Shown: positions 50,044-59,753 of the stretch, one piece after another
How the letters are laid out: the number at the start of each line of letters is the position of its first letter
How positions within the stretch are numbered: position 1 is the first letter of the stretch
From: a virus
Length of the DNA: 64,000 bases
Virus record (IMG/VR): IMGVR_UViG_3300042308_001049
Span: 32,001 to 96,000 of that record
Direction: 5' to 3' (one strand)
Position numbers and translations under genes: made by a program
Notes under the pieces: model-generated
Seen by the model: the letters and a program-made list of their open reading frames with translations, nothing else
Database searches by the model: none
Told to the model about the DNA's origin: nothing

Positions 50044-50049
50044 TAGACT

Positions 50050-51138
50050 ATGGCTGAATTAAATACATATGGTGATTTAAAAAAAGTTATTAAGACTATT
50101 TCTCTTCAACAAAAAGGAGAAGAAATTGGTAATGTAGCTATTGATACTATTTTAGGAGCAATTCCTGGAATTGGTGCTGCTAAAACAACATTTGATTTTG
50201 TAAGAGCAGCTTTCTCTAAACGAGATATTGAAAAAACTAACACTTGGTTAGATAAATTAGACATTGATGATGAAATGTCCTCTATTGTAGATGATACAGT
50301 AGAAAATGGATTTTTAAAATATTTAGCTAAATCAATTGAAAGTAAGCCAGATAATACTGAGTTAGAAGCTGACTTTAATATGAATGCTGAAATGGTTGAT
50401 TATTTAAAAAGAACTTATGGGGGTAGAACAATAACAGGCATATCAGAATTTAAAATGAATCCATTCGATAAATTCTTAAAAAGAGTTTCTTGGAAATTTC
50501 CTAAAGGCTATCCTGACATGAAAAATGAACAGGATAAAAAACTTTTATTTGAAATGGCTTACTCTATTTTAGGTGAGGTAGAAGATGAAGTAGAAGATAA
50601 AACAAAATATGGTTATAAAATAGGTGAATTTACAACACCATCTGAAACATTAGCCTCACGTAACTGGACTTTTAACTCAAAAGTAGGCTATTTAGGCACT
50701 GGACATTATTTTTACGGTGACGAAGAAACCGCATCAGAAGATCGTCGTTTCTTAGGAAGATCATCTAATATAAAAAAATTCCCATTAAGCGATTATAAAC
50801 TATATAGGGCCTCAGATCCTGAAAAATTCTATGATAATATAAAACTTATCACTCGTGAATTAGGTTTATATGCCTCATCTGGTGAGGAATTATCTGAACC
50901 TGAACTAAATGAAGCTTTAGAGGAAATATATAATATAATTCAAGATGAATTAGGTTTATCTATACCTAAAGATAAAGTATTTACTATTTTAAAAGAATTC
51001 ATTAGTGATGTCCAAAATAGAAAAGACGGTCCTTTACTTTCTAACCGTTTATTGCAACCACTAGGATACGATGGTATTGATAATACTAATACCAATCTAG
51101 ATAATTACGGAGTAGGCTCAGTTATATTTACTGACTAA
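50050..51138 (+). CDS. Fusion protein with C-terminal ADP-ribosyltransferase-like domain
   Basis: FPKGYPD linker, then GYLGTGHYF...LGYDGID...SVIF. Confidence 0.5.
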   Translation: MAELNTYGDLKKVIKTISLQQKGEEIGNVAIDTILGAIPGIGAAKTTFDFVRAAFSKRDIEKTNTWLDKLDIDDEMSSIVDDTVENGFLKYLAKSIESKPDNTELEADFNMNAEMVDYLKRTYGGRTITGISEFKMNPFDKFLKRVSWKFPKGYPDMKNEQDKKLLFEMAYSILGEVEDEVEDKTKYGYKIGEFTTPSETLASRNWTFNSKVGYLGTGHYFYGDEETASEDRRFLGRSSNIKKFPLSDYKLYRASDPEKFYDNIKLITRELGLYASSGEELSEPELNEALEEIYNIIQDELGLSIPKDKVFTILKEFISDVQNRKDGPLLSNRLLQPLGYDGIDNTNTNLDNYGVGSVIFTD

Positions 51139-51195
51139 AAAGTTTGGCCTCCTAAAAATTTCACATTACATTAATGGTTATATAATAATATTTGT

Positions 51196-52290
51196 ATGGC
51201 AAATAAAGAATTATCATCTCAAGTAACTGATAGAATTGTTACAGTTGAACAGTTACTAAACGCTCATGACATTTCACTTGAGTATTGGGAAATTGAAAAA
51301 CAAATTGTTAACTCTTGGGAAGTTGGAGCTAAAACACCTGATGGTACAATAGCTACAACACCATTATTTCAAGTTAAAGTATGGCTTAGAAGTAAAATTG
51401 AATCTAAACGTTTGGATACTATTAAACAAGAGTTTATAGATGATTTGAAAGCATTATCACCTATAGTTAAAAAGATCAAATATACTAATTCAAGTAGTAA
51501 ACCTAAAAAATTAGTTGAACTTAATATTTTTGACCTCCACTTAGGTAAATTTGCATGGCATGAAGAAACAAATGAGGACTATGATCTTAAAATAGCTATT
51601 GATATTTTCAATAACTGCATTGACCATTTTATAGACTCAATCCAAGGAGTAAATGTAGATAAATTCTTACTCCCAATAGGTAATGATTTCTTTAACTCAG
51701 ATTATTCTTACCCATTTAATAGAACTACTAAAGGTACTCCACAGGAAAATGATACACGTTGGCAGCATATTTTTAGAAAAGGCCGCCAACTACTTATTGA
51801 CAATATTAACAAACTAACTCAAATCGCCCCAGTTGATATTGTTATGATTCCTGGTAATCATGATTATGAGAAAATCTTTTATCTAGGTGATTCACTTGAG
51901 GGATGGTTCTCAAATAATGAAAATGTAAATGTTAATAACATTGCTAATCCTAGAAAATATTATAAGTATGGTAATATACTTTTAGGATTTACCCACGGAG
52001 ATAAAGAACGTATTAACGATCTACCTCTAATTATGGCTCAAGAAAACCCAATGGAATGGGGTACTACTAAACATAGAGAATTCCATTTAGGCCATATTCA
52101 CCATAAGCAGGAAATTAAATACAAATCAACCCATGAGTATAACGGTGTAATTATTCGTTATATGAGCTCACTAGCAGGTAATGACGCTTGGCATCATAGT
52201 AAAGGATATGTGGGTAGTAAACGTTCAGCTGAATGTTTAGTATGGGACTCAGAAAAAGGTCTCGATATACAAATTTACTATACTTTGTAA
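51196..52290 (+). CDS. Calcineurin-like metallophosphoesterase
   Basis: DLHLG, GNDFF, GNHD, THGD, GHIHH. Confidence 0.88.
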   Translation: MANKELSSQVTDRIVTVEQLLNAHDISLEYWEIEKQIVNSWEVGAKTPDGTIATTPLFQVKVWLRSKIESKRLDTIKQEFIDDLKALSPIVKKIKYTNSSSKPKKLVELNIFDLHLGKFAWHEETNEDYDLKIAIDIFNNCIDHFIDSIQGVNVDKFLLPIGNDFFNSDYSYPFNRTTKGTPQENDTRWQHIFRKGRQLLIDNINKLTQIAPVDIVMIPGNHDYEKIFYLGDSLEGWFSNNENVNVNNIANPRKYYKYGNILLGFTHGDKERINDLPLIMAQENPMEWGTTKHREFHLGHIHHKQEIKYKSTHEYNGVIIRYMSSLAGNDAWHHSKGYVGSKRSAECLVWDSEKGLDIQIYYTL

Positions 52291-52309
52291 TATTTATGGC
52301 CGTATAGCC

Positions 52310-53134
52310 ATGGATTACGAAAAAATTATAACAGATTATCGCATTGGTAAAGACTCTAGAGTTGTTTTTGAAAACGACCCTAAAGTTTACTATGTTAAAA
52401 ATATCGCTCCCAACCGTAAAGGAATATTTGTAACTCTCACTGGTAGTGAAAATATTTATAAGAGACTTAGTGATCTAATTACAGTAAATAGTAAAAAAGT
52501 AGTAAAAGAAAATATGTGCAGCTGTGGATGTAACACCTGTAATACGCCTAAAGCTCCGTTATTAAACGAGAGTCTAGTCAAGCGTCAGGCCCTATCTGAA
52601 GGTCTAAATTACCACGTTTCAAAATCAATCCCTTTAACAGAGAATGTTTACAGAGCAGGCTCTGAAAAATATTTCCAACTATGGAAAGAAGCTCGTGATT
52701 TATATGTTCGTGACTTACTAGAGGTACAAGGAGATGACTTAGACATTATCCTAGAAACAGATCTAGGATATACAGGCATTTATGAAGGTAAAGAAGTATA
52801 CTTAGACTTTATCTTTGAAGAAGAAATTAAAGAAGCAGAATACCAAGGTAAAGATGTAGAATTGAACAAACCAAAACGTGGTGGCTCTAAAAAATTCTAT
52901 GTTTATGTAAAAGATCCTAAGACTAAAAAAGTTAAAAAAGTATCATTTGGTGCTAAAGATGGAGGTCAAAACTTACGTGTTAAAATAAATGATCCTAAAG
53001 CGCGTAAAGCATTTGCTGATAGACAAAATTGTTCTCAAAAGAATGATAAGACAAAACCAGGTTACTGGGCTTGCCGTTTACCTCGTTACGCAAAATTACT
53101 CGGTTTAAAATCTAACTTTAGCGGTTTCTGGTGA
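52310..53134 (+). CDS. Modular late protein with basic C-terminal domain
   Basis: IKE-AEYQGKDVELNKP...KKVSFG...PGYWAC. Confidence 0.8.
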   Translation: MDYEKIITDYRIGKDSRVVFENDPKVYYVKNIAPNRKGIFVTLTGSENIYKRLSDLITVNSKKVVKENMCSCGCNTCNTPKAPLLNESLVKRQALSEGLNYHVSKSIPLTENVYRAGSEKYFQLWKEARDLYVRDLLEVQGDDLDIILETDLGYTGIYEGKEVYLDFIFEEEIKEAEYQGKDVELNKPKRGGSKKFYVYVKDPKTKKVKKVSFGAKDGGQNLRVKINDPKARKAFADRQNCSQKNDKTKPGYWACRLPRYAKLLGLKSNFSGFW

Positions 53135-53135
53135 T

Positions 53136-53903
53136 ATGAAACTAACCTATACTAAACTTCTCAAAGAGAATAAACAAGCTATCTTAGAAAATGTAAGACA
53201 GGCTAAACAGTATGAAGCACAAGGTAAACTAACCTCTGAAGAGCTTAAAACTCTTATTGATATAGATCCAACCCCTACTCGTAAATTTGTAGGATGGATG
53301 GCTAAACAGTGGATAAATAAGACAGTTACCGATATAGACGATTTAAGAAACACTGTTGAAGAGTTTAATGTCTTCCTTAATAAAGGAAAAACTAGGACTA
53401 AAGATATCAACCAGTTTAAAACTTTTAATGATCTTTATAGCGAAGTTGAAGCTATAAATAAATCAGGAGAAGGTATTTCAGTAAAAGACCTAGAATCGGA
53501 TTATGAAACTGTTATAGATAATTCAGATTTACTTATAATATCTCCCCACACCCATGAAGCCTCTCGTAAACTAGGTTTATCCCAGTTTGCCTTTAGATCC
53601 ACGGATGATGAAGACTGTAAAGCAACAGGTGGAAAAGATTCGGCATGGTGTACTACCTATAAAGCCCCAGATCATTTTAATGACTACTACTATGCCAATA
53701 ATGTTACATTCTACTACATTAAAGTAAAGTCTAAAGAACTCATAAATAAATTAAAAGAAGCATTCCCTAAGCGCTGGAAAACTCTAGTAGTAACAGCTTT
53801 AGCAGTTCTTCCTAATGGTAAAATAGATGGATATGATGGTTTGGATAAACAGATTAGTAAAAAAGATATTGATACTTTTACTAATATTATAGGCATATCA
53901 TGA
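53136..53903 (+). CDS. Tagged protein with HEASxxLG...WCT domain
   Basis: MKLTYTKLLKE; DPTPTRKFVGWM; KDINQFK; AWCTT. Confidence 0.75.
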   Translation: MKLTYTKLLKENKQAILENVRQAKQYEAQGKLTSEELKTLIDIDPTPTRKFVGWMAKQWINKTVTDIDDLRNTVEEFNVFLNKGKTRTKDINQFKTFNDLYSEVEAINKSGEGISVKDLESDYETVIDNSDLLIISPHTHEASRKLGLSQFAFRSTDDEDCKATGGKDSAWCTTYKAPDHFNDYYYANNVTFYYIKVKSKELINKLKEAFPKRWKTLVVTALAVLPNGKIDGYDGLDKQISKKDIDTFTNIIGIS

Positions 53904-54559
53904 TTAAGCTATTAGACATATTACGTGAAAATAAGATTCTAGTCCCAAGACGTTCTAAAGAAGAACGTCAAAAGAACTACTTAATAGCTACTGAAAAAAA
54001 GATACAACAGTACATTAAGGATGGAAGTAAAGGTGATTTAAATTTACATGGTACACCAATTAAATCCCTTGGAAATCTAACATCAGTTGGTGGTAATTTG
54101 GATTTGGGTGACACACTAATTAAATCTCTTGGAAACCTAACATCAGTTGGTGGTGATTTGGGTTTGTATGGAACACCAATTGAATCTCTTGGAAACCTAA
54201 CATCAGTGGGTGGGGATTTGGATTTACTATACACATCAATTGAATCTCTTGGAGACTTAACTTCAGTCGGGGGTTATTTGGATTTGAGAGACACAAAAAT
54301 CGAATCTCTTGGAAACTTAACATCAGTTGGAGGTAATTTGTTTTTGAGAGGAACACTAATCGAATCTCTTGGAAACCTTCAATCAGTTGGAGGTTTTTTG
54401 GATTCAAGAAGAACACCAATTGAATCTCTTGGAAACCTAAAATCAGTTGGGCATAATTTGGTTTTGGTAGATACACCATTATCAGAAAAATATACCGAAG
54501 AAGAAATTAGGCAAATGGTACCGGGTGTTAAAGGAAACATATACCTACAATATGATTAA
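53900..54559 (+). CDS. Leucine-rich-repeat-like protein (20-aa repeats)
   Basis: Seven I(E/K)SLGNL(T/Q/K)SVGG-type units with 60-bp period. Confidence 0.85.
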   Translation: MIKLLDILRENKILVPRRSKEERQKNYLIATEKKIQQYIKDGSKGDLNLHGTPIKSLGNLTSVGGNLDLGDTLIKSLGNLTSVGGDLGLYGTPIESLGNLTSVGGDLDLLYTSIESLGDLTSVGGYLDLRDTKIESLGNLTSVGGNLFLRGTLIESLGNLQSVGGFLDSRRTPIESLGNLKSVGHNLVLVDTPLSEKYTEEEIRQMVPGVKGNIYLQYD

Positions 54560-54869
54560 TCTATTAGATATATTACAAGAAGCAAAAGAATCATTTGAGG
54601 ATTTTGCTGTAACAAGAGGTAAAGGGGCAGCTAAAATTGCTGAAAACGCTGAAGAAAAAGGTGGTTTATCTCTACTAACATGGCATCACTTTAAAGTAAA
54701 AGCTCCATATTACAAAAAAGCAGCTGAAGGTAAATTTGACAAAGAAGCAGCTAAAAAAGAATTTGATCAAACCCTAAAGAAAATATCACTAGGAATGACC
54801 CAAATAGAATTCCAACGTGAAGTTGGACGTTTAGAGGTATTAGGTGAATTACTTATTAGAGAAAAATGA
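54552..54869 (+). CDS. Tagged protein (MINLLDILQE)
   Basis: Start moved to the ATG at 54552. Confidence 0.75.
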   Translation: MINLLDILQEAKESFEDFAVTRGKGAAKIAENAEEKGGLSLLTWHHFKVKAPYYKKAAEGKFDKEAAKKEFDQTLKKISLGMTQIEFQREVGRLEVLGELLIREK

Positions 54870-55276
54870 TAAAACTAATCAACATACTAAGTGAAGCTGA
54901 ACTAAATAAATGTCCAGCTCCAACTCAAAACATTGAACTTAACCTTCAAAACAGACAAAAGGCAATCAATGAATATGGTTATGGTCCATTAAATCCAAAT
55001 GAACCAAATAACAAATTCTGGCAAGCTAAAGTTGATATGTGGAAACTTGACTCTGTAGAGGAAGCTAAAACATCACTCTGTGGTAACTGTGCAGCATTTG
55101 ACATTACTGAAAAAACATTAGACTGTATTGCTAAGGGAATAGGTGATGATGAAGGTACAGAAGATCCATTTGATGTTATAGAAGCTGGTAAATTAGGATA
55201 TTGCCGATTTTTAAAATTCAAATGTGCCGCGGCCCGAACCTGTGATGCTTGGGTTGTAGGTGGTCCTATTGTATGA
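54866..55276 (+). CDS. Tagged Cys-rich protein
   Basis: MIKLINILSE; CGNC...GYC....FKC...RTCDAW. Confidence 0.8.
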   Translation: MIKLINILSEAELNKCPAPTQNIELNLQNRQKAINEYGYGPLNPNEPNNKFWQAKVDMWKLDSVEEAKTSLCGNCAAFDITEKTLDCIAKGIGDDEGTEDPFDVIEAGKLGYCRFLKFKCAAARTCDAWVVGGPIV

Positions 55277-55593
55277 AACCCTATAAAAAACAACTACTAA
55301 CTATTATAGATGGAATTAAAGTATATTTAATTGATTCATCTATTTTAAGTAGGAAATATCCTGTATGGAACACTTATTTAGGTAGTCATCATTATGGTAA
55401 AAAAAGCTCTCATATACCTGAAGATGAAATATTTATTTCAGATAAAACTCCCTTAAGTGAACTTAAAAGAGTTATACTACATGAGTATGTAGAAAGAGCT
55501 ATAATGAAAGTTTTAGAACTTCAATATAATATGTCACCTGAACAAGCATGGGAAATAGCCCATTATTTTGTTAAAGATGATTTAGGTTTATGA
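55273..55593 (+). CDS. Metallopeptidase-like small protein
   Basis: ILHEYVERAIM...EIAH; ATGA overlap with previous gene. Confidence 0.65.
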   Translation: MKPYKKQLLTIIDGIKVYLIDSSILSRKYPVWNTYLGSHHYGKKSSHIPEDEIFISDKTPLSELKRVILHEYVERAIMKVLELQYNMSPEQAWEIAHYFVKDDLGL

Positions 55594-56090
55594 GACCCTA
55601 CACTGATCTAGATATGATTAAACTATCCGACATATTAAAAGAAATAGGAGACTCAAGTTCTCAACCATATAAATTTGATTTTTATGGTGATTATGCTGGT
55701 ATGAGAGTTTATGGGTTTTATACTGAAAATTATCCATATACTGTAGAATTACAATATGATGATTTAGATTCCTATGACGAGGATACAACTAACGTATTAG
55801 GAGTAAGATTCTATGTCTCAGATGAAGATGAACCGGATTTGGAACGAGATGATATTGTAACAAATAAAGGTGAATTGTTTAGAGTTATGGCAACTGTAAC
55901 TTCTATAGTAAAAAAAGATATATCAGATCACCCCGAAATTGATACTATAACATTCACCCCTGCCAAAAAAGAAGGTGAAACTACAAATGTATCTAGGTTA
56001 AATCTCTATACAAGGTATATTAAAAATGCTTACCCCAATGCAACTATAACTTCTAGAGATCGGGGTAGTATAGAAGTAAAGTTTAAATGA
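55590..56090 (+). CDS. Tagged protein, paralog of the C-terminal module of 41570-43483 (possible start 55614)
   Basis: MIKLSDILKEIGD...TNKGELFRVMATV. Confidence 0.8.
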   Translation: MRPYTDLDMIKLSDILKEIGDSSSQPYKFDFYGDYAGMRVYGFYTENYPYTVELQYDDLDSYDEDTTNVLGVRFYVSDEDEPDLERDDIVTNKGELFRVMATVTSIVKKDISDHPEIDTITFTPAKKEGETTNVSRLNLYTRYIKNAYPNATITSRDRGSIEVKFK

Positions 56091-56347
56091 CCCCATACAC
56101 TGACATAGAAGTTACAGACAAATACATCATCCGAGAATTTACCGAAAACATTGACCCAATAGAGTTAATGTGGCATAGAGATGATGAAGATAGAACAATC
56201 GAGATTCTAGGAGAAACAGACTGGTTAATCCAATTAGACGATCAGTTGCCATCTCAAGTAAAAGGCCCTATATTTATACCCCGACATATGTGGCACCGAA
56301 CTATAAAAGGAACAGGACCACTTAAAGTCAAAATACATCTAGACTGA
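56087..56347 (+). CDS. Small cupin-like protein
   Basis: WHRDDEDR...FIPRHMWHR. Confidence 0.7.
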   Translation: MTPYTDIEVTDKYIIREFTENIDPIELMWHRDDEDRTIEILGETDWLIQLDDQLPSQVKGPIFIPRHMWHRTIKGTGPLKVKIHLD

Positions 56348-56450
56348 TTCATAGCCAGTCGCTTTAAAAAACTTATGACAGCTGTGGCGTCCCCAAATTT
56401 GGAGACGCCATATTTTTTTTATATATTAATATGTAACAAGAAATAAAAAC

Positions 56451-57824
56451 ATGAAGGAAAAGAAAATTGTAATTGTAGGTGCGGGTGTAGCAGGTGTTAA
56501 TGCTGCTACTAAACTCGTAGACAACGGCTACCCAGGTGAACTAATCACAATCATTGATATGGGTAAGGATCCATACAAACGCAAACCTGAAGAAGTAATG
56601 ACAGGTTTCTTAGGTGCAGGTGGTTGGTCTGATGGTAAACTTACTTACCACACAGCAATTGGAGGTCAATTGTCTAAGTATTGTGGTGAGGATAAAGCAA
56701 TGCAATTGATGGATCAAGTTATTACTAACTTTAAACGTTTCCATCCTAAACCAGAGGAAGTACAATGTTCAAATCCTGAAGCAGAACCTGATTTTATCAA
56801 ACCATATTTTGGTTTGCGTTTATTTCCTGTATGGCATGTAGGTACAGATTATCTATCTGAAATTGGAAAGAATTGGTACGATTACCTAGTATCTAAAGGT
56901 GTACAATTCCATTGGGAGACTAAAGTATCTAACATTAATTTTAGACACAACGAAGTTATCATGAAATCAGTTAAACCTGAATTCGCAAATATGGATAACG
57001 ATAATATGTTTTATGATGAACTTATCTTTGGTGTAGGTAAATCAGGTATTGATTTCGCCCAACAACTCGCCCAACAATATGAACTCCCAGACGAACCTAA
57101 ATCAGTTCAAATCGGAGTACGTTTTGAAGCCCCACAAAAACACTTCCAGAAACTAATTGATGTTTCATACGACTTTAAGTTGTATCGCAAATTTGAAGAT
57201 AAAGGTGTTTCACTTCGCTCATTCTGTACAAACAATAATGCGGCTTATGTTGCTGTAGAAGAAACATATGGCAATCACACCTACAATGGTCACGCTAAAA
57301 AAGATATGCGTTACCGAAACGATATGACCAACTTTGGCATCTTGATGGAAATCAATGGTATTGAAGATCCATTTACTTGGTCACGTGATGTAGTAAATAA
57401 ACTTCAATTCAATGGTACTGGTTTGTATTACTCACCAACTCGAGTTCCTTCAACCACAGCAGAAGGAAACAATGTTACATCTTTCCAAATTGATAATTTA
57501 AGTGGAGTAGAAAATGTAATGGGTGAGTATTGGACTTACATTATGGACTTTATCGAGGACATGAAAAAAGTATTCCCAACACTTCAAGATGATTGGGGAA
57601 TTTACATCCCAGAGGTGAAATACCTTTCACCTGAACCCCTTGTAAACTACCGTAACTTGTCTCTAACCAAGTTCCCAAATGTTCACTTTGTAGGAGACGC
57701 TTTGTCTGCTCGTGGTATCACAGTCTCAGGTGCACAAGCAATTTATGTAACTGAAGATATTCTTAATTACTACCATCACCCAGACTTATACCCAGACTTT
57801 CATGAACATCCACTTCGTTCATAA
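56451..57824 (+). CDS. FAD/NAD(P)-dependent oxidoreductase
   Basis: VGAGVAG, GFLGAGGWSDGKL, GVRFE, RSFCTN, FVGD. Confidence 0.88.
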   Translation: MKEKKIVIVGAGVAGVNAATKLVDNGYPGELITIIDMGKDPYKRKPEEVMTGFLGAGGWSDGKLTYHTAIGGQLSKYCGEDKAMQLMDQVITNFKRFHPKPEEVQCSNPEAEPDFIKPYFGLRLFPVWHVGTDYLSEIGKNWYDYLVSKGVQFHWETKVSNINFRHNEVIMKSVKPEFANMDNDNMFYDELIFGVGKSGIDFAQQLAQQYELPDEPKSVQIGVRFEAPQKHFQKLIDVSYDFKLYRKFEDKGVSLRSFCTNNNAAYVAVEETYGNHTYNGHAKKDMRYRNDMTNFGILMEINGIEDPFTWSRDVVNKLQFNGTGLYYSPTRVPSTTAEGNNVTSFQIDNLSGVENVMGEYWTYIMDFIEDMKKVFPTLQDDWGIYIPEVKYLSPEPLVNYRNLSLTKFPNVHFVGDALSARGITVSGAQAIYVTEDILNYYHHPDLYPDFHEHPLRS

Positions 57825-57841
57825 TATTTATAACGAAAAAG

Positions 57842-58318
57842 ATGGCCAATATTGTCTTACTAAGCTGTACTAAATCTAAAACAGACCATGCTGCTCCCGC
57901 CCAGGAGTTATACTCAGCCTCTCCGATGTTCCGTAAAACATTAGAGTATGGTAAAAGACTCAAACCAGACAAGATGTTTATCTTATCTGCCAAGCATCAT
58001 CTTGTACCTTTAGATCAAAAGTTAGAACCATATGATCTAACTCTAAAGGATATGAAAGCAGATGAAAAAGCAGCCTGGGGAGAAAAAGTAATTTCTCAAA
58101 TGAGAGCTAAAGGAATTAATCCTGAAAAAGACACTTTTACTTTTCTAACAGGAAGTGAATATATGAAACCATTGACTGGTGTGATGAAAAATGTTGAAAC
58201 ACCTCTAGCCAATAAAAAATTCGGAGAACGTCTAAAATGGTTAAATGGTCAATTAGGTGAAGCTATCAAATACATTAAAAACCTTATCCATGAAGCTATC
58301 AGCAAAAGATTTAAATGA
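57842..58318 (+). CDS. DUF6884-like protein
   Basis: LSCTKSK...PAQELY..SPMF...ILSAKHHLV...PYDLTL. Confidence 0.7.
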   Translation: MANIVLLSCTKSKTDHAAPAQELYSASPMFRKTLEYGKRLKPDKMFILSAKHHLVPLDQKLEPYDLTLKDMKADEKAAWGEKVISQMRAKGINPEKDTFTFLTGSEYMKPLTGVMKNVETPLANKKFGERLKWLNGQLGEAIKYIKNLIHEAISKRFK

Positions 58319-58529
58319 GAATGTTCGTCTGTTTCTAAACGACATAGATGATTATAGTGATGATGCTCACTACAACCTAATGTGTGAAGCTACTTTAGGT
58401 AAATTTACCCAGTTACTAACTGAGTCAAGTGACATCTATGGTATGCTATTGGAGTCAAGCAAAAACGAGGTTAATGGTCAAGTATTTAAAGATTTCTTAG
58501 ACTATATTGAAACTTCAGACTTGGCTTAG
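58290..58529 (+). CDS. Acidic hypothetical protein
   Basis: Start moved to MKLSAKDLNE. Confidence 0.65.
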   Translation: MKLSAKDLNENVRLFLNDIDDYSDDAHYNLMCEATLGKFTQLLTESSDIYGMLLESSKNEVNGQVFKDFLDYIETSDLA

Positions 58530-58577
58530 TAGGATCTATTTATTATATTTAGATATAATTAATAAAAACAACAAGTT

Positions 58578-58850
58578 ATGTACGGTAAACCCCGAGTTTA
58601 TGAAAACAAAACCATTACATCTAATGGTTGTAAAATTTATCTATTCAAAGAAAAAGATCAAACAGCTTGGAAAATGCACAATTGGGATGGACCAGCTGTA
58701 GAACCTCTTAATGAAGCTGAAAAATCAAAGAAAGAGTATTATTTGTATGGACAAAAATTAACTCTTGAACAATGGGAAGAAGCTCGTAAGAACCGTGAAG
58801 GTTTACCTTGGTATAAAAATCCATCAATGAAAGGAACAACTCGGTTTTAA
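58578..58850 (+). CDS. HxxDGPA-motif protein
   Basis: MHNWDGPAV...EYYLYG; early-type promoter at about 58520. Confidence 0.75.
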   Translation: MYGKPRVYENKTITSNGCKIYLFKEKDQTAWKMHNWDGPAVEPLNEAEKSKKEYYLYGQKLTLEQWEEARKNREGLPWYKNPSMKGTTRF

Positions 58851-58851
58851 T

Positions 58852-59196
58852 ATGAAATATACTGAAAAACGTCCTTGGGGTCAATTTACAGTATTACATG
58901 AGACCCCTATATGTAAAGTTAAAGAAATAGTTGTAAAACCTGGAGAAAAACTCTCATATCAATATCATGAATATAGAGCAGAACGTTGGGTAATTATTCA
59001 AGGTGAAGCAAATATTACAATTGATGATTATGACTTTGATCGAGAAGCTGGAGAAACTATTTATATTCCTAAAGGAGCTAAACATCGAATTTGGAATACC
59101 AGTGATGAAGATTGTATATTTATAGAAGTTCAAACTGGAACTTATTTTGGTGAAGATGATATTGTTAGATTAGAAGATAATTACGGAAGAATATGA
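58852..59196 (+). CDS. Mannose-6-phosphate isomerase type II C-terminal cupin
   Basis: RPWG, LSYQYH..RAERW, EVQTG.YFGEDDIVRLED.YGR. Confidence 0.88.
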   Translation: MKYTEKRPWGQFTVLHETPICKVKEIVVKPGEKLSYQYHEYRAERWVIIQGEANITIDDYDFDREAGETIYIPKGAKHRIWNTSDEDCIFIEVQTGTYFGEDDIVRLEDNYGRI

Positions 59197-59723
59197 AAAT
59201 AGGTTTTTGTGGTACTATGTCTGTAGGTAAAACTACACTTGTAAATGCTTTAAAAGAACTACCTGAATTTAAAGATTATACCTTTAGAACAGAACGTTCA
59301 AAATATCTAAAGGAATTAGGTATTCCTCTAAACACAGACTCAACACTAAAGGGTCAATGTGTATTTCTAGCTGAACGTGCTAGTGAATTAATGCAAGAAA
59401 ATATTATCACAGACCGCACTATCATTGATGTTATAGCATTCGCTAATGCTTCTAAATCTATGAATTATATAGAAAAAGAAGCCTTCACAGATTTTGCTAA
59501 ACATCTTATCTCAGAATATGATTACATTTTTTATGTATCTCCTGAAGGAGTAGAAATGGAAAATAATGGAGTACGTGAAACAAACCTTGAATATCGTGAC
59601 TTAATAGATTTTATAATTAACCATACTATCAAATCTAACAACCACCGTATTAAAAACTTCCATATTATATCAGGAACTACTGAAAAACGTATCAAACAAT
59701 TAAAAGAGGTACTTTCTCTATAA
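59193..59723 (+). CDS. P-loop kinase (AAA_28/NadR-like)
   Basis: GTMSVGKTT, ITDRTIID, NGVR. Confidence 0.8.
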   Translation: MKIGFCGTMSVGKTTLVNALKELPEFKDYTFRTERSKYLKELGIPLNTDSTLKGQCVFLAERASELMQENIITDRTIIDVIAFANASKSMNYIEKEAFTDFAKHLISEYDYIFYVSPEGVEMENNGVRETNLEYRDLIDFIINHTIKSNNHRIKNFHIISGTTEKRIKQLKEVLSL

Positions 59724-59753
59724 TATTTATAAGAAAACCATAATTTATTAGAG

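Noticed and set aside
53900-54559. Diversity-generating retroelement target
   Set aside because: No reverse transcriptase or template repeat in the window; differences between repeats are not adenine-specific
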